A stretch of DNA of 34,765 nt, taken from positions 1 through 34,765 of the IMG/VR virus record IMGVR_UViG_3300011335_000591, one strand, 5' to 3'. Of this stretch, positions 17,721 to 26,810 are shown piece after piece. Position 1 is the first letter of the stretch; the number at the start of each line of letters is the position of its first letter. This stretch comes from a virus. Taxonomy: Duplodnaviria; Caudoviricetes. Both the position numbers and the translations under genes were made by a program. The notes beneath the pieces were generated by a model that saw nothing but the letters and a program-made list of their open reading frames with translations, ran no database searches and was not told the DNA's origin.

Positions 17721-18076
17721 TGGCGGCCGTCACGATTGGCACGGCGGGCTTGTCTTTTGGCTTGGTTGCTGAAGCTGGCATCGGACTGGTTCAGAGCTTT
17801 TCAGAGGCTCGTAATGTAGAGAAGAACGAGGTGAAAAATAATCAGGGGGATATAGTTGCGATTGGATATTTCAACGCTACGACCTCCTACTCGCTTTCCG
17901 TTGCTATTACTGGTGCTTACAATGTGACTGCTGGGGCGGCTCTTGCGGCCTTGGCGAATGCAACCACGGCAATAGGCAACGGCTCTCTCCGCATCGACTC
18001 CATCACGATTAACAAATCAAACGATGCGTTTACTACCCTAGACATCTCGGCTACCGGATATCCGAACGTAACTTAA
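17720..18076 (+). CDS. Major tail (tube) protein
   Basis: 118 aa beta-rich; upstream of chaperones and tape measure. Confidence 0.65.
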   Translation: MAAVTIGTAGLSFGLVAEAGIGLVQSFSEARNVEKNEVKNNQGDIVAIGYFNATTSYSLSVAITGAYNVTAGAALAALANATTAIGNGSLRIDSITINKSNDAFTTLDISATGYPNVT

Positions 18077-18111
18077 TAGAGGTTCTAATCCTCTAATGAA
18101 ATCCTAAACTT

Positions 18112-18486
18112 ATGACCGAAGCCTATTGGGGAACGACTAACATAAAAGTGGCGAGTGCCGTTGCTTCCTTTGGGGCAAAGCCAAGACAGCTAGACCCGGT
18201 AACTAGGACAATCAAAGAGGATGGAAGCACCCAAGCAACCTTCTGGTTCGAGGCTGGGGCAGGGGCAGAGGCCAAGGCAGAGATGGAGCGCCCTTGGTCA
18301 GAAATGAAGAGTGACCCAGAAAGCCCTATCCGATATGTGCGTGCCGCCTTGGAGAACCGAGAAACCTTCTTGGGACTGCTTAAAAGAGCCGTTCCGGTGC
18401 GGGTGATACAAAGGGGCGGGCAAACTCTTCTCATCTCAGAAAACGCAACCTCGGAACAAAGAAGGGCAATCCTAAAGCATCTATGA
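18112..18486 (+). CDS. Hypothetical protein (tail region)
   Basis: ORF with ATGA coupling to the next gene. Confidence 0.6.
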   Translation: MTEAYWGTTNIKVASAVASFGAKPRQLDPVTRTIKEDGSTQATFWFEAGAGAEAKAEMERPWSEMKSDPESPIRYVRAALENRETFLGLLKRAVPVRVIQRGGQTLLISENATSEQRRAILKHL

Positions 18487-18863
18487 GCATATCCCTCGAT
18501 GAAGAACTAAACTCGGCCTTTATATCCCCAGACAAAGAATATATGGGGGAAAAACTTGCCCCTTACACGGAGGGCTCAAGGTTGTTACTCATGCAAGTAA
18601 GAGACGATAACGATTCATCTATCTATTTTATATGGTCGTTTATCTATGTTCACATTCTCCTAGCCAAGAACAAGAAAGAGGCGATCAAACTGGCTTGGAA
18701 TCGGGACTTGTTTCGTGAGAAGATTATGGATTTTATTGAAGGCAAGACAGAAGCAGACCGAGATGAGGCCACTCAAATCGTCTCTAACATCTTGGACGAA
18801 GCCCAGAAGGGTAAGGTGGAGGCCATCCCAGCACCTCACCAAGCCGAACTGGGAAACGCCTAA
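18483..18863 (+). CDS. Tail assembly chaperone (gpG-like)
   Basis: Ends in slippery G GGA AAC; upstream of the tape measure gene. Confidence 0.8.
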   Translation: MSISLDEELNSAFISPDKEYMGEKLAPYTEGSRLLLMQVRDDNDSSIYFIWSFIYVHILLAKNKKEAIKLAWNRDLFREKIMDFIEGKTEADRDEATQIVSNILDEAQKGKVEAIPAPHQAELGNA

Positions 18864-19069
18864 CGCCAGCGGGAACAGCTAGCTTTGTGTTCTCGTTGGC
18901 AGAAAAAACAGGATGGAGCGTGGAGTATATCTTATGGGAGTTGCCTCTCGCCCTTATGACACAAGCGAGCCACGCCTATCTATGGATGAACGGGGTGAAG
19001 TGTCGCAGGGTTGGGGGCGTAGGAGGGGAAGAATTGGTGAACCTAGAAAAACTGCTGGGGTTAACATAG
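18851..19069 (+). CDS. -1 frameshift extension of the chaperone (gpGT-like)
   Basis: GGGAAAC at 18851-18857; the -1 frame is open from there to 19069 (...LAEKTGWSVEYILWELP...). Confidence 0.8.
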   Translation, partial: GKRLTPAGTASFVFSLAEKTGWSVEYILWELPLALMTQASHAYLWMNGVKCRRVGGVGGEELVNLEKLLGLT

Positions 19070-19079
19070 GACAAAAAAT

Positions 19080-19868
19080 ATGATTACCGTGGAGCTATTA
19101 AACCAAGCGAAGTTTATGCACAAACTTCAGCAGTATCAGAAAGCCTCAAAGAAAAATATGGCTGATGTAATAAATTCAAAGCTAGGTGATGTTGCTATTA
19201 CTGCAATCGGAACTACGTACCGAACAACCGCGGCAAAGATCGCCTCTGAACTTCAAAGAGTGGAGGGCAAGGTGGTCACAAAAAAAGTATTTAAGCCAAT
19301 AGGGTTCACGAAAAATGGCAAGGCGAAGAGAAGAAAAATTGGTGAATATGCAGTAGGCTATAAAGCAAAAAACGTAAATTTCATAGGAACGTACAAGCTA
19401 GTGAACTGGTTGCTTAAGAATCGAGGATTACCAACGCTTGGAAAAACCAAACAAGGGACTGGTGGACTTGGAATGGGAACAAAACCCGGAACAATCGGTG
19501 CCTTGGCCAGAAGGCTGGTTGCTGGCAGAAAAAATGCTGTAAACTACATACGAAACGGCTGGGCGGCGGCGGCCTATGCTTTTGGCAAATCCCCCTCTTT
19601 GACTAAGGGAGATTATAGCAAGGAGGCCATAAAGAGACTAGGTGGTGGTGAAAAGGCAGACAGTAAAACAAGTCTAATGGAAGGATTCATATTCAATCGT
19701 GCTGGTTATTTAGACACCAAGAGCTACCCGACTAAAAAAAGGTCTGTATCTGGTGCGGCAAAGATGGGGATTCCGGGACTAAAGATGGCTATTGATAAAG
19801 TTATGAACGATATGAATGTTTATCTTGCCCGCAAGAACAAAGAGGCGAGTGACAAATTGAAGTTATAG
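19080..19868 (+). CDS. Basic tail completion/neck protein (lambda gpZ/HK97 gp10-like)
   Basis: Very Lys/Arg-rich; tail module position. Confidence 0.45.
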   Translation: MITVELLNQAKFMHKLQQYQKASKKNMADVINSKLGDVAITAIGTTYRTTAAKIASELQRVEGKVVTKKVFKPIGFTKNGKAKRRKIGEYAVGYKAKNVNFIGTYKLVNWLLKNRGLPTLGKTKQGTGGLGMGTKPGTIGALARRLVAGRKNAVNYIRNGWAAAAYAFGKSPSLTKGDYSKEAIKRLGGGEKADSKTSLMEGFIFNRAGYLDTKSYPTKKRSVSGAAKMGIPGLKMAIDKVMNDMNVYLARKNKEASDKLKL

Positions 19869-19869
19869 T

Positions 19870-21345
19870 ATGGCTGACGCAACTCAAGAACTAATGCTCC
19901 GAGTCCGAGGGGACAATAGCGGAGTAGACAAGGCAGTCGCCGGGACAGAGCGGGCAGTCAAAAAACTTACAATTAGTGGAGAAAAGGCCGGTGGTGCATT
20001 TAAGAACTTTAGCCGTAGTCTTTCAGAGGCAAGAAACGCAAGCGATGTGGCATCATCGGCGGCAGAAAGTCTTTCGCAGATAGTTGGAAAATCTTTAGTT
20101 GGTGCGGTGGCAATTGGAGCGGTAAAGTTATTTACAGACCAGATTACCCGCATGGGCGAAATGCTTAAAGAGACAGCAACCAACGCACAAAAATCTTTTG
20201 ATGATATAGAAAAAGCTGGGAAAGCCATGAACCTATCAGAGGCCATAGCCCAAACAGCTTCCATTGATACAAATATTACTGCTATCAATAACAAATTATC
20301 CGAACTTAACAGAAGCCCATTTCAAAATTTCATAGCTGGAGCAACTGGTGCAAAGGCAGAGCTTGAGGCATTACTTAAAACCGAAACACGATTAAGGGAT
20401 TTCAAGCTTGCCGAAGGAATTACGGCACAAAACATAAATGAAGAAAGGCTGGCCGGACTGACCGAAGAAGAGAAACAACTTGATGCAATTTCTGAAGAAT
20501 ACAAGAAAAGAAATAAGGAAGCCGAATCAATAACAAACCCAGCGGCTCGAAAGCAATTCCAAGACCAAAGCGGAGAGATATATGCTAGAGATAGAAACGC
20601 CCTAATTGATAAGCAGGCAAAGGAACGAGCAGGCAAAGAGGCCGAGCTGAAAAAATTAGATGATAAGCAAGCCAAGGAGAGTGCAGAGCTGCAAATTAAG
20701 TTTGATAAAATGGTTTTTGATGCCGAACAAAAACTAGCAGACCAAGCAGAGTCCAGAGAGAAGCAAACCGAGCAAGAGAGAGTGCAACGAAAGATAGACA
20801 ACAACAACCGAATTTATAGGGAAGAACGCTACAACATAGATGAAAAGATTAAGATAGAAAGCGATGCTGATGATAGGAAATTTCAGCGTCTAATCCGTGA
20901 CGCAAATAGGGCTAGGGAGCAACAGAAAAGAACTTCTGAAACGGCCACCGGAGCGGCGGGCGGCGTGCTTGGTGCAAGTAGGGCTGGTCAACAAGCCCTC
21001 GATGTGGCAAGAAAGCAAAGAGAGCGACAACTTAAAACAGAGAACTTTAAGGTTGCCGAGAAGATTGCACCAACCCAAAGGGACAGAGAAAAGCTGGCCG
21101 CCCAACAAGCCGCAGGGGAGATGCCCTCGTTGGGCGAGCAGATTCGTGGAGGGCTAAGTGGGGTTGACCCATCACAACTTGCTAGGGAAGCGGCGGCAAG
21201 CAAGTTTGAAAGGGATAGGACTTTCACAAGGAAGACTACTCAATCTGGCAATCTAGGCGAAGAACAAAGTTCACTATCAGCAGAAACTCTGACAGCACTT
21301 AAGACTCTAGTGGATTTGATGAAATCTGGAACGGTGGTAAAATAA
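19870..21345 (+). CDS. Tape measure protein (short, 491 aa)
   Basis: L.LRVRGD N-terminus, long helical Ala/Glu/Lys-rich body; follows the chaperones. Confidence 0.8.
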   Translation: MADATQELMLRVRGDNSGVDKAVAGTERAVKKLTISGEKAGGAFKNFSRSLSEARNASDVASSAAESLSQIVGKSLVGAVAIGAVKLFTDQITRMGEMLKETATNAQKSFDDIEKAGKAMNLSEAIAQTASIDTNITAINNKLSELNRSPFQNFIAGATGAKAELEALLKTETRLRDFKLAEGITAQNINEERLAGLTEEEKQLDAISEEYKKRNKEAESITNPAARKQFQDQSGEIYARDRNALIDKQAKERAGKEAELKKLDDKQAKESAELQIKFDKMVFDAEQKLADQAESREKQTEQERVQRKIDNNNRIYREERYNIDEKIKIESDADDRKFQRLIRDANRAREQQKRTSETATGAAGGVLGASRAGQQALDVARKQRERQLKTENFKVAEKIAPTQRDREKLAAQQAAGEMPSLGEQIRGGLSGVDPSQLAREAAASKFERDRTFTRKTTQSGNLGEEQSSLSAETLTALKTLVDLMKSGTVVK

Positions 21346-21346
21346 T

Positions 21347-21997
21347 ATGGCAAGTCTAGTCATCGGCTCAGCAATCAGTTCAAAGGTATTGCAAAGGCAA
21401 AACTTAAATAAAGAACCCAATGGATTAGAAACAATCATTGAAGCTTACGCCATCCAAACCGCAAACAGAGACACAGTTATTCCACAGAAGGACACGCTTC
21501 ACTCTGCTTTTTCATCTTCTACAAAGAAATACTCAAGAATGGTTGTGGAGTCTGTAACCACAGAAGAACAAGACGGCGGTATTACTCAAATGCTTGTTAC
21601 CTTTGTTGGCTTAACCTCCTCAACTGGATTGCCACCAGCAATAGTGCGCCTTATTCCAACACCCGATGCGGGCATATTCGGCCCCCCTCTTATTGTTGAA
21701 GCAGAGTTTATTACCGATATAAATGAATCACAATTTATTAAGGGCAATATCAATGCAACTGCTGAAATTAAGTTGGGGAATATTTCTTTTGGTCAGGTAA
21801 ATCAAATGCCCCCATTTATTAACGGAACAAAAATGCCAGAAAATCCAATAGCTCCGTACACCGGACAACAACAAGGTCTTAGCCTAAACAGTTATTTTGG
21901 CTATTGCACAGACTCGCACGCTTGTGAACGCAGGGGGTTGTTTCTTGTTGCAAGAACTACATATAAAGAGGTTCAAGCAGGCTTTCGGTTTGCATAG
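21347..21997 (+). CDS. Putative distal tail/tail tip protein
   Basis: Directly after the tape measure gene. Confidence 0.5.
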   Translation: MASLVIGSAISSKVLQRQNLNKEPNGLETIIEAYAIQTANRDTVIPQKDTLHSAFSSSTKKYSRMVVESVTTEEQDGGITQMLVTFVGLTSSTGLPPAIVRLIPTPDAGIFGPPLIVEAEFITDINESQFIKGNINATAEIKLGNISFGQVNQMPPFINGTKMPENPIAPYTGQQQGLSLNSYFGYCTDSHACERRGLFLVARTTYKEVQAGFRFA

Positions 21998-22002
21998 GGT
22001 CT

Positions 22003-22245
22003 ATGAGAGAAAACCAACTAACAGAGCTTCAAGGAACATCAATTCTGACGAAGTCTTTTTTCAATAAACTGATAAGAAGGATTGAAGCTACCAAGCCCCT
22101 AGCTGGTTCTGGAATCACCATAACAGAAAAAGAGAATGGATTTGAAGTTTCTTTTGGAGCTGGTGGCGGTGGATTCCAAGAAGTCACTCTGAATGTTTGC
22201 TTAAATGGAACGCCGAGCACAATCACAGTTCTTGCCAAAGCCTAG
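22003..22245 (+). CDS. Small tail tip protein
   Basis: PLAGSGITIT motif typical of virion proteins; position. Confidence 0.5.
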   Translation: MRENQLTELQGTSILTKSFFNKLIRRIEATKPLAGSGITITEKENGFEVSFGAGGGGFQEVTLNVCLNGTPSTITVLAKA

Positions 22246-22268
22246 AATTGACACAACGGGACACTTAA

Positions 22269-23915
22269 ATGGCTCAAAGTCTAGACATCTACATTGACAC
22301 AACCAATGGAAACCTAGTGGCCGCGGGGTCGGCTAGGAATGGCACGCTCCCCACTCTTACCCGCAACGACTCCTATAACCTCCGAGTTCGTTTGCAAGAG
22401 AGAGATCAAAGCGGATTCCTACGAGATTTAGATTTAACCGGTTCTTCAATTAAGCTGGGCATTGGCGGGATTGATGGCGACCCAACAGACGGACAATTTA
22501 AGCTGGTTCTCAACAGCGTAACCTCAAATGCTATTTCTTTCAATGCGACTCCACTACAAGTTTATACCGCTATCTCTGGTATTGCTGGTACTGGTGTTAC
22601 TGTAACGACCTATGGGAATGAGCAATTCGCCTATCTTATTACTTCCGCAACCCTAAACACGGCAATGTCTTTCGGGGGGGATGCCTTTACCCTTTTCCCC
22701 ACTAGCTCGGTTCTTGTAAGCACCCGCAGATTCCCAACCGCATCGGTTGCCGCCCAGCAAGTTGTCCGATTGGTTCGCAACCCCGCCGTGTTTGCAGATA
22801 CATTCGTGGCCTCACCTACGGCTGGGGTCTTGTCTCTAACAAGAACACAAATTGGCTCGACTACTGCCAACAAAAATGAAACTTATGATCTAGCAATAGG
22901 TTCAGATGCAGAGGGCGGTTCGGTTATTCTTAATTTTGGAGCTAACTCAACAACCGCCATTCCGATTGGAGCAAGTGCGACCAGCTTTGCCGAAGCCTTG
23001 AGTGCCGTGACTGGGGTGGGTAGTGGGAATGTGAGCGTTGATGTGGGCAACAATGCTGGGAACTATTCGATTTCTTTTGTCCGCAACCTTGGCCTTACAG
23101 CTCTTACAAACAATCTAACGCTTGATGCGAATGGGGTTATCTTCGGCAGCTTCTTACAGACTACGGTAACGATGGCAACCGCCGAGCTTGAGGAATTGTT
23201 TTCCGAAACTGGCGCAGACACAATCACTCCCAAGATTGAGGTTGAGCTAACGCAGAACGGAACACCCAAGACGGTTCTTCAAACTGATGTAACTGTTCGT
23301 AGGGATTTATTGACCACCGGATCAGCCGTTCCCGCCGCACAGGCCAGCTACCTTACCGCCGCCGAGAGTTTCGCCGCCTTTGTTCGCAACTCTACGACTG
23401 GGGTAAATTCAACGGCTGGAAGTCTTGCCGATTCCTCTGCCGTTACCTCTGTAAATTATGGAGCAAGGACGCTTAACAATAGCTCCGGCACGGCAGTCGT
23501 TAGTTATGGTGCGGGGCTTTCTTTTGCCAACACTCCTCTTGGCTTTTATGGGGCAACTGTTACCGCGCAACCTGCAAACATCAATGTTGTTTCTGGTCTA
23601 ATCAATGTTGGGCTAATCGCAAGCGGCACAACCTACGGAGTGCTTCCGCAATCTCCAAGAACCGTCACCACCCTAACCTCTGTTTCCTTTGGGACGGTTG
23701 CTGGTAACGACCAGCATTATCGGGATGTGGTTGTTACTGGTGCGGCAGTAAATGACATTGTTTTGATTGGATTGCCATCGGCAGTTTCAGCTGGGGCAAT
23801 CATTCAGGGCGTGGCCTACAAGGCGAACACCGTCTGCCTCTCTTGCACAAATGCAGATACAGGCTCGCTCGCCATTAACACCGCCACCTATCGAATCACG
23901 GTCATCGGTTATTAA
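22269..23915 (+). CDS. Tail fibre/baseplate protein
   Basis: 548 aa Thr/Ser/Ala/Gly-rich; two T..I...A repeats; C-terminal VTGAAVNDIV domain; preceded by TTGACA-N15-ATG. Confidence 0.7.
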   Translation: MAQSLDIYIDTTNGNLVAAGSARNGTLPTLTRNDSYNLRVRLQERDQSGFLRDLDLTGSSIKLGIGGIDGDPTDGQFKLVLNSVTSNAISFNATPLQVYTAISGIAGTGVTVTTYGNEQFAYLITSATLNTAMSFGGDAFTLFPTSSVLVSTRRFPTASVAAQQVVRLVRNPAVFADTFVASPTAGVLSLTRTQIGSTTANKNETYDLAIGSDAEGGSVILNFGANSTTAIPIGASATSFAEALSAVTGVGSGNVSVDVGNNAGNYSISFVRNLGLTALTNNLTLDANGVIFGSFLQTTVTMATAELEELFSETGADTITPKIEVELTQNGTPKTVLQTDVTVRRDLLTTGSAVPAAQASYLTAAESFAAFVRNSTTGVNSTAGSLADSSAVTSVNYGARTLNNSSGTAVVSYGAGLSFANTPLGFYGATVTAQPANINVVSGLINVGLIASGTTYGVLPQSPRTVTTLTSVSFGTVAGNDQHYRDVVVTGAAVNDIVLIGLPSAVSAGAIIQGVAYKANTVCLSCTNADTGSLAINTATYRITVIGY

Positions 23916-23944
23916 CGCAGGGCAGTTGCCCTAACGAAATCCTT

Positions 23945-24622
23945 ATGGCTTTTCTGTTTCCAAAATCCTTTCCTTTCTGCATAGCTCCAGAAGAAGAAAC
24001 CAAGGATATTCCCGTAGGCATTGGAACAGATTACCCAATCGGAATGAGCCTAGCTGACGCAATGTTTCTTTTTTGGAAAAGCAAAACATTTTCATCCACA
24101 GTAAATTTTACTGGTACTGCCGTAGTCGGCCCACCAACCAGCCAATCCTTTACCTCGACTTATTCTCAAAATGGCGTATTAAATCAAAGAGAAGGGGTGG
24201 TGTGGCCGGACAAAATGTCTGAAATGATTTGCAATCCTAATTCAAATTATTTCATTGGCGAAGCAACTGGAACTGGCAGTATTACAGATGTGATTAGCCC
24301 AAGCCTCGGTACAACTGTTATTCTTTTCAGCGATGACATAATAATTAGGGACAAGAAATTCTATCCATCCATTGAAGTTGCTTCTTTTATTGAAGGGTTT
24401 GGAGGAGGATTTCTTCAAGGTGCAAGGATTAGCTCTCTTCTACCCGAGCCACCCTATGGCTTAAATATCCCTATACAAATTGCCGATGCGTTAAAAATAA
24501 ACATTAACGAAACAGAGTATAAGGGCGATTTATTTATGGTGATAAATGTTACCGATCTGCCAGCACCCCCGCCTACTGCATCCTTTGTGATAGACGGACT
24601 TGTTGATCGTGAGGCCGCATAA
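23945..24622 (+). CDS. Hypothetical protein, probably a variable tail-tip component
   Basis: FPFC...YPIGMSL..AM.LFWK N-terminus; follows the fibre gene. Confidence 0.55.
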   Translation: MAFLFPKSFPFCIAPEEETKDIPVGIGTDYPIGMSLADAMFLFWKSKTFSSTVNFTGTAVVGPPTSQSFTSTYSQNGVLNQREGVVWPDKMSEMICNPNSNYFIGEATGTGSITDVISPSLGTTVILFSDDIIIRDKKFYPSIEVASFIEGFGGGFLQGARISSLLPEPPYGLNIPIQIADALKININETEYKGDLFMVINVTDLPAPPPTASFVIDGLVDREAA

Positions 24623-24655
24623 TCTATTGTCACCCTTTGACACCCCCCCCTTCTT

Positions 24656-24826
24656 ATGAACCAAATCTTAACCTTCGTTCAGTCTCAAGATGTGTTTGCG
24701 TGGGTAGGTGCTTTGGTTGCCCTTCTCTCTGCCGTGATTGCCGTTGCTTCTTTGATTCCCGGTGATGAGCCGGAGGCGACCCTAACCAAGATCGTTTCGT
24801 TCCTCAGCAAGTTCTCGAAGAAGTAG
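24656..24826 (+). CDS. Holin-like 56-aa membrane protein
   Basis: Manually translated MNQILTFVQSQDVFAWVGALVALLSAVIAVASLIPGDEPEATLTKIVSFLSKFSKK; first gene of the lysis cassette; TTGACA-N13-ATG. Confidence 0.7.
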   Translation: MNQILTFVQSQDVFAWVGALVALLSAVIAVASLIPGDEPEATLTKIVSFLSKFSKK

Positions 24827-24829
24827 GTT

Positions 24830-24991
24830 ATGTTTGAGGCCGCCATCGCCTCGCTTGCAGGAGTTGTTGGGATTGTTTTTTGGTGGCTTAAAAATAGGGC
24901 TAAGACCCGCAGGGAAAGGGACGATGATGAAATTGCTTACAATCGAAAGCTCCGTGATTCGGAGGTCGATTCTTGGATTCATCGCCGCTAG
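24830..24991 (+). CDS. i-spanin-like 53-aa protein
   Basis: Manually translated; N-terminal TM (MFEAAIASLAGVVGIVFWWL) plus charged helix; overlaps a lipoprotein gene in the +1 frame. Confidence 0.6.
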   Translation: MFEAAIASLAGVVGIVFWWLKNRAKTRRERDDDEIAYNRKLRDSEVDSWIHRR

Positions 24992-25202
24992 TTTGCTTTG
25001 TGGGTGCGTAACGACCCGCCCTTACGACATTGGGCAAGTCCCGAACCAAGATTCGATTAGCGACTTCATTATGCGGTGGGACAAGCTCGACCGAACCAAG
25101 GCAACCCCAGAAGAATACAGAGAGCTTTTTGGGCAATCGCTCAAAACGATTTCTCGACTTGTGGAGGAGAATGAACGACTCCGAAAGAGGCTCGATCAAT
25201 GA
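24924..25202 (+). CDS. o-spanin-like lipoprotein
   Basis: RRSILGFIAASLLCGC lipobox; start could be 24924, 24927 or GTG 24954. Confidence 0.6.
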   Translation: MMKLLTIESSVIRRSILGFIAASLLCGCVTTRPYDIGQVPNQDSISDFIMRWDKLDRTKATPEEYRELFGQSLKTISRLVEENERLRKRLDQ

Positions 25203-25705
25203 CGATTCGGGAGGCCGTGGAGAGGTCAAGAGGCCACATAGAAAAGTGTGAGTCTAGTTTCGGGAAGAGGGTGGGGGCTTGGTACTCGGAGCTGATGAGC
25301 AAAAAGATTCCAGTTTTGATCTACTGCTCGGTCAGAACCCCCCAAGAGCAAGAGGAACTATATGCTCAAGGACGGACAAAGGCAGGGAAGAAAGTCACAA
25401 ACGCTCGTGGAATACCCCCGCAATCGCTCCATATTGACCAAGGTAAAGGCTCTCACGCCATTGACTATGTTCCCCTAGCCCGCACTCCTAGTGGTGATCT
25501 ACTTGCCTCTTGGGACGATGACCAAGGCTATTCAATTACCCGCAAGATTGCAGAGAAGCACGGCTTGCGTGGATTGGATTGGGAACAGCCCCATTTAGAA
25601 GATGCGAATATCTCTGGATGGAGGGAGCTTATCTCTCCGCAAAAGCAAGAAGTGAACAAGCAAAAGATTTCTCTAGTCAGCAAGCGTCCGTGGTCTAGTC
25701 GTTAA
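25199..25705 (+). CDS. Endolysin, M15 family L-Ala-D-Glu peptidase
   Basis: RT.QEQ.ELYAQGRT, VTNARG..QSLH, AID, WEQPHLE motifs. Confidence 0.9.
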   Translation: MTIREAVERSRGHIEKCESSFGKRVGAWYSELMSKKIPVLIYCSVRTPQEQEELYAQGRTKAGKKVTNARGIPPQSLHIDQGKGSHAIDYVPLARTPSGDLLASWDDDQGYSITRKIAEKHGLRGLDWEQPHLEDANISGWRELISPQKQEVNKQKISLVSKRPWSSR

Positions 25706-25708
25706 TGG

Positions 25709-26071
25709 ATGACATCACAGCAGGGAGTGGAGAAAACAACTCAAAAACATTTTACAAAAAAACACGAACTCCACATGACCACGCTTCAAATGGCGGCGGT
25801 CGAATCGATGGAGAAAAAATACAAGCGGGGAGTTGAGGAACACGGCGGGACAAAACTTTGGGAGATGCCAGCAGTAAGGCTCGTTGAGAATGCGATCGAG
25901 GAAGCAACCGACCAGCTAACATATCTTTTGACCCTTCGTTCCCAGATGCACATCGTTATGGAATTAGCTAGGGATGGATGCACGGATGAAACATTGACAA
26001 ACCCTCGAGCAAGAGAGTGTTGCAATCTTATTTACACAACTCTAACTGGACAATCTAAACCCCCTTTATGA
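25709..26071 (+). CDS. All-alpha NTP pyrophosphohydrolase-like (MazG-like) protein
   Basis: KKYKRG.EEHG...AIEEATDQLTY pattern. Confidence 0.45.
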   Translation: MTSQQGVEKTTQKHFTKKHELHMTTLQMAAVESMEKKYKRGVEEHGGTKLWEMPAVRLVENAIEEATDQLTYLLTLRSQMHIVMELARDGCTDETLTNPRARECCNLIYTTLTGQSKPPL

Positions 26072-26808
26072 AGCCAATTAGGTTTGTCGCTTGTGGAGAT
26101 ATCCACGGCGACGAACAAGACGCTCCATCGGTGAAAGCCCTGCTTGCTTTTACCAAGGAATACCAGCCCGATCTCGTGGTTTGCATCGGCGACCTCTGGG
26201 ACTTCCGAGCGATAAGAAAAGGGGCGGGCGATGAGGAACAAGCATCGAGTCTGCAAAAGGATTGGGACTGCGGGGAAGAGTTCATTCGAGAGTTTTTTAA
26301 GTTTGGGGATGAGAGAATCTTTTTAAGGGGCAACCACGATGAACGCATTTTTGATATGGCTAGTAACAGCCGAAGCGGTTTGGCTCGTGACTACGCCAAC
26401 GATGGGATAGAGAATATCGAATTGATAATGAAGGAGACCAAGGCGAGGATGTTTCCCTATGATTCTGTTGCTGGTATCTACAAGTGCGGTGGGCTTTCAT
26501 TCGTCCACGGCTACGGCCACGCAATGCACTCAGCCAAACAACACGCCGATGCCTACGGCGATGTTATCTTTGGGCATACCCACGCCATTGATTATTTCCG
26601 TAGCGTCTCCATAGACAATCGTTCCGGCTGGAATATTGGTTGCCTTACCGGGCTGCGGCCATCGTATAATAGGAATATGATGAGGCGTATGCGCTGGCAA
26701 CACGGCTGGGCGTTCGGAGCTATCTACCCAGACAAGACACACGAAGTTTTCCAAGCACGGCAGAGGGGCAACAAGTTTTATTTGCCCACCGACATAAAAG
26801 CATTTTAA
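26068..26808 (+). CDS. Calcineurin-like metallophosphoesterase
   Basis: GDIH, GDLWD, GNHD, HG, GHTH motifs. Confidence 0.9.
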   Translation: MKPIRFVACGDIHGDEQDAPSVKALLAFTKEYQPDLVVCIGDLWDFRAIRKGAGDEEQASSLQKDWDCGEEFIREFFKFGDERIFLRGNHDERIFDMASNSRSGLARDYANDGIENIELIMKETKARMFPYDSVAGIYKCGGLSFVHGYGHAMHSAKQHADAYGDVIFGHTHAIDYFRSVSIDNRSGWNIGCLTGLRPSYNRNMMRRMRWQHGWAFGAIYPDKTHEVFQARQRGNKFYLPTDIKAF

Positions 26809-26810
26809 TT

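Noticed and set aside
22674-22680. G7 run in the tail fibre as a phase-variation site
   Set aside because: Short, encodes Gly-Gly, and similar G/C runs occur elsewhere in the genome
24834-24923. N-terminal part of the 122-aa ORF
   Set aside because: This stretch is better explained by the TM-containing ORF 24830-24991; the lipoprotein signal starts later
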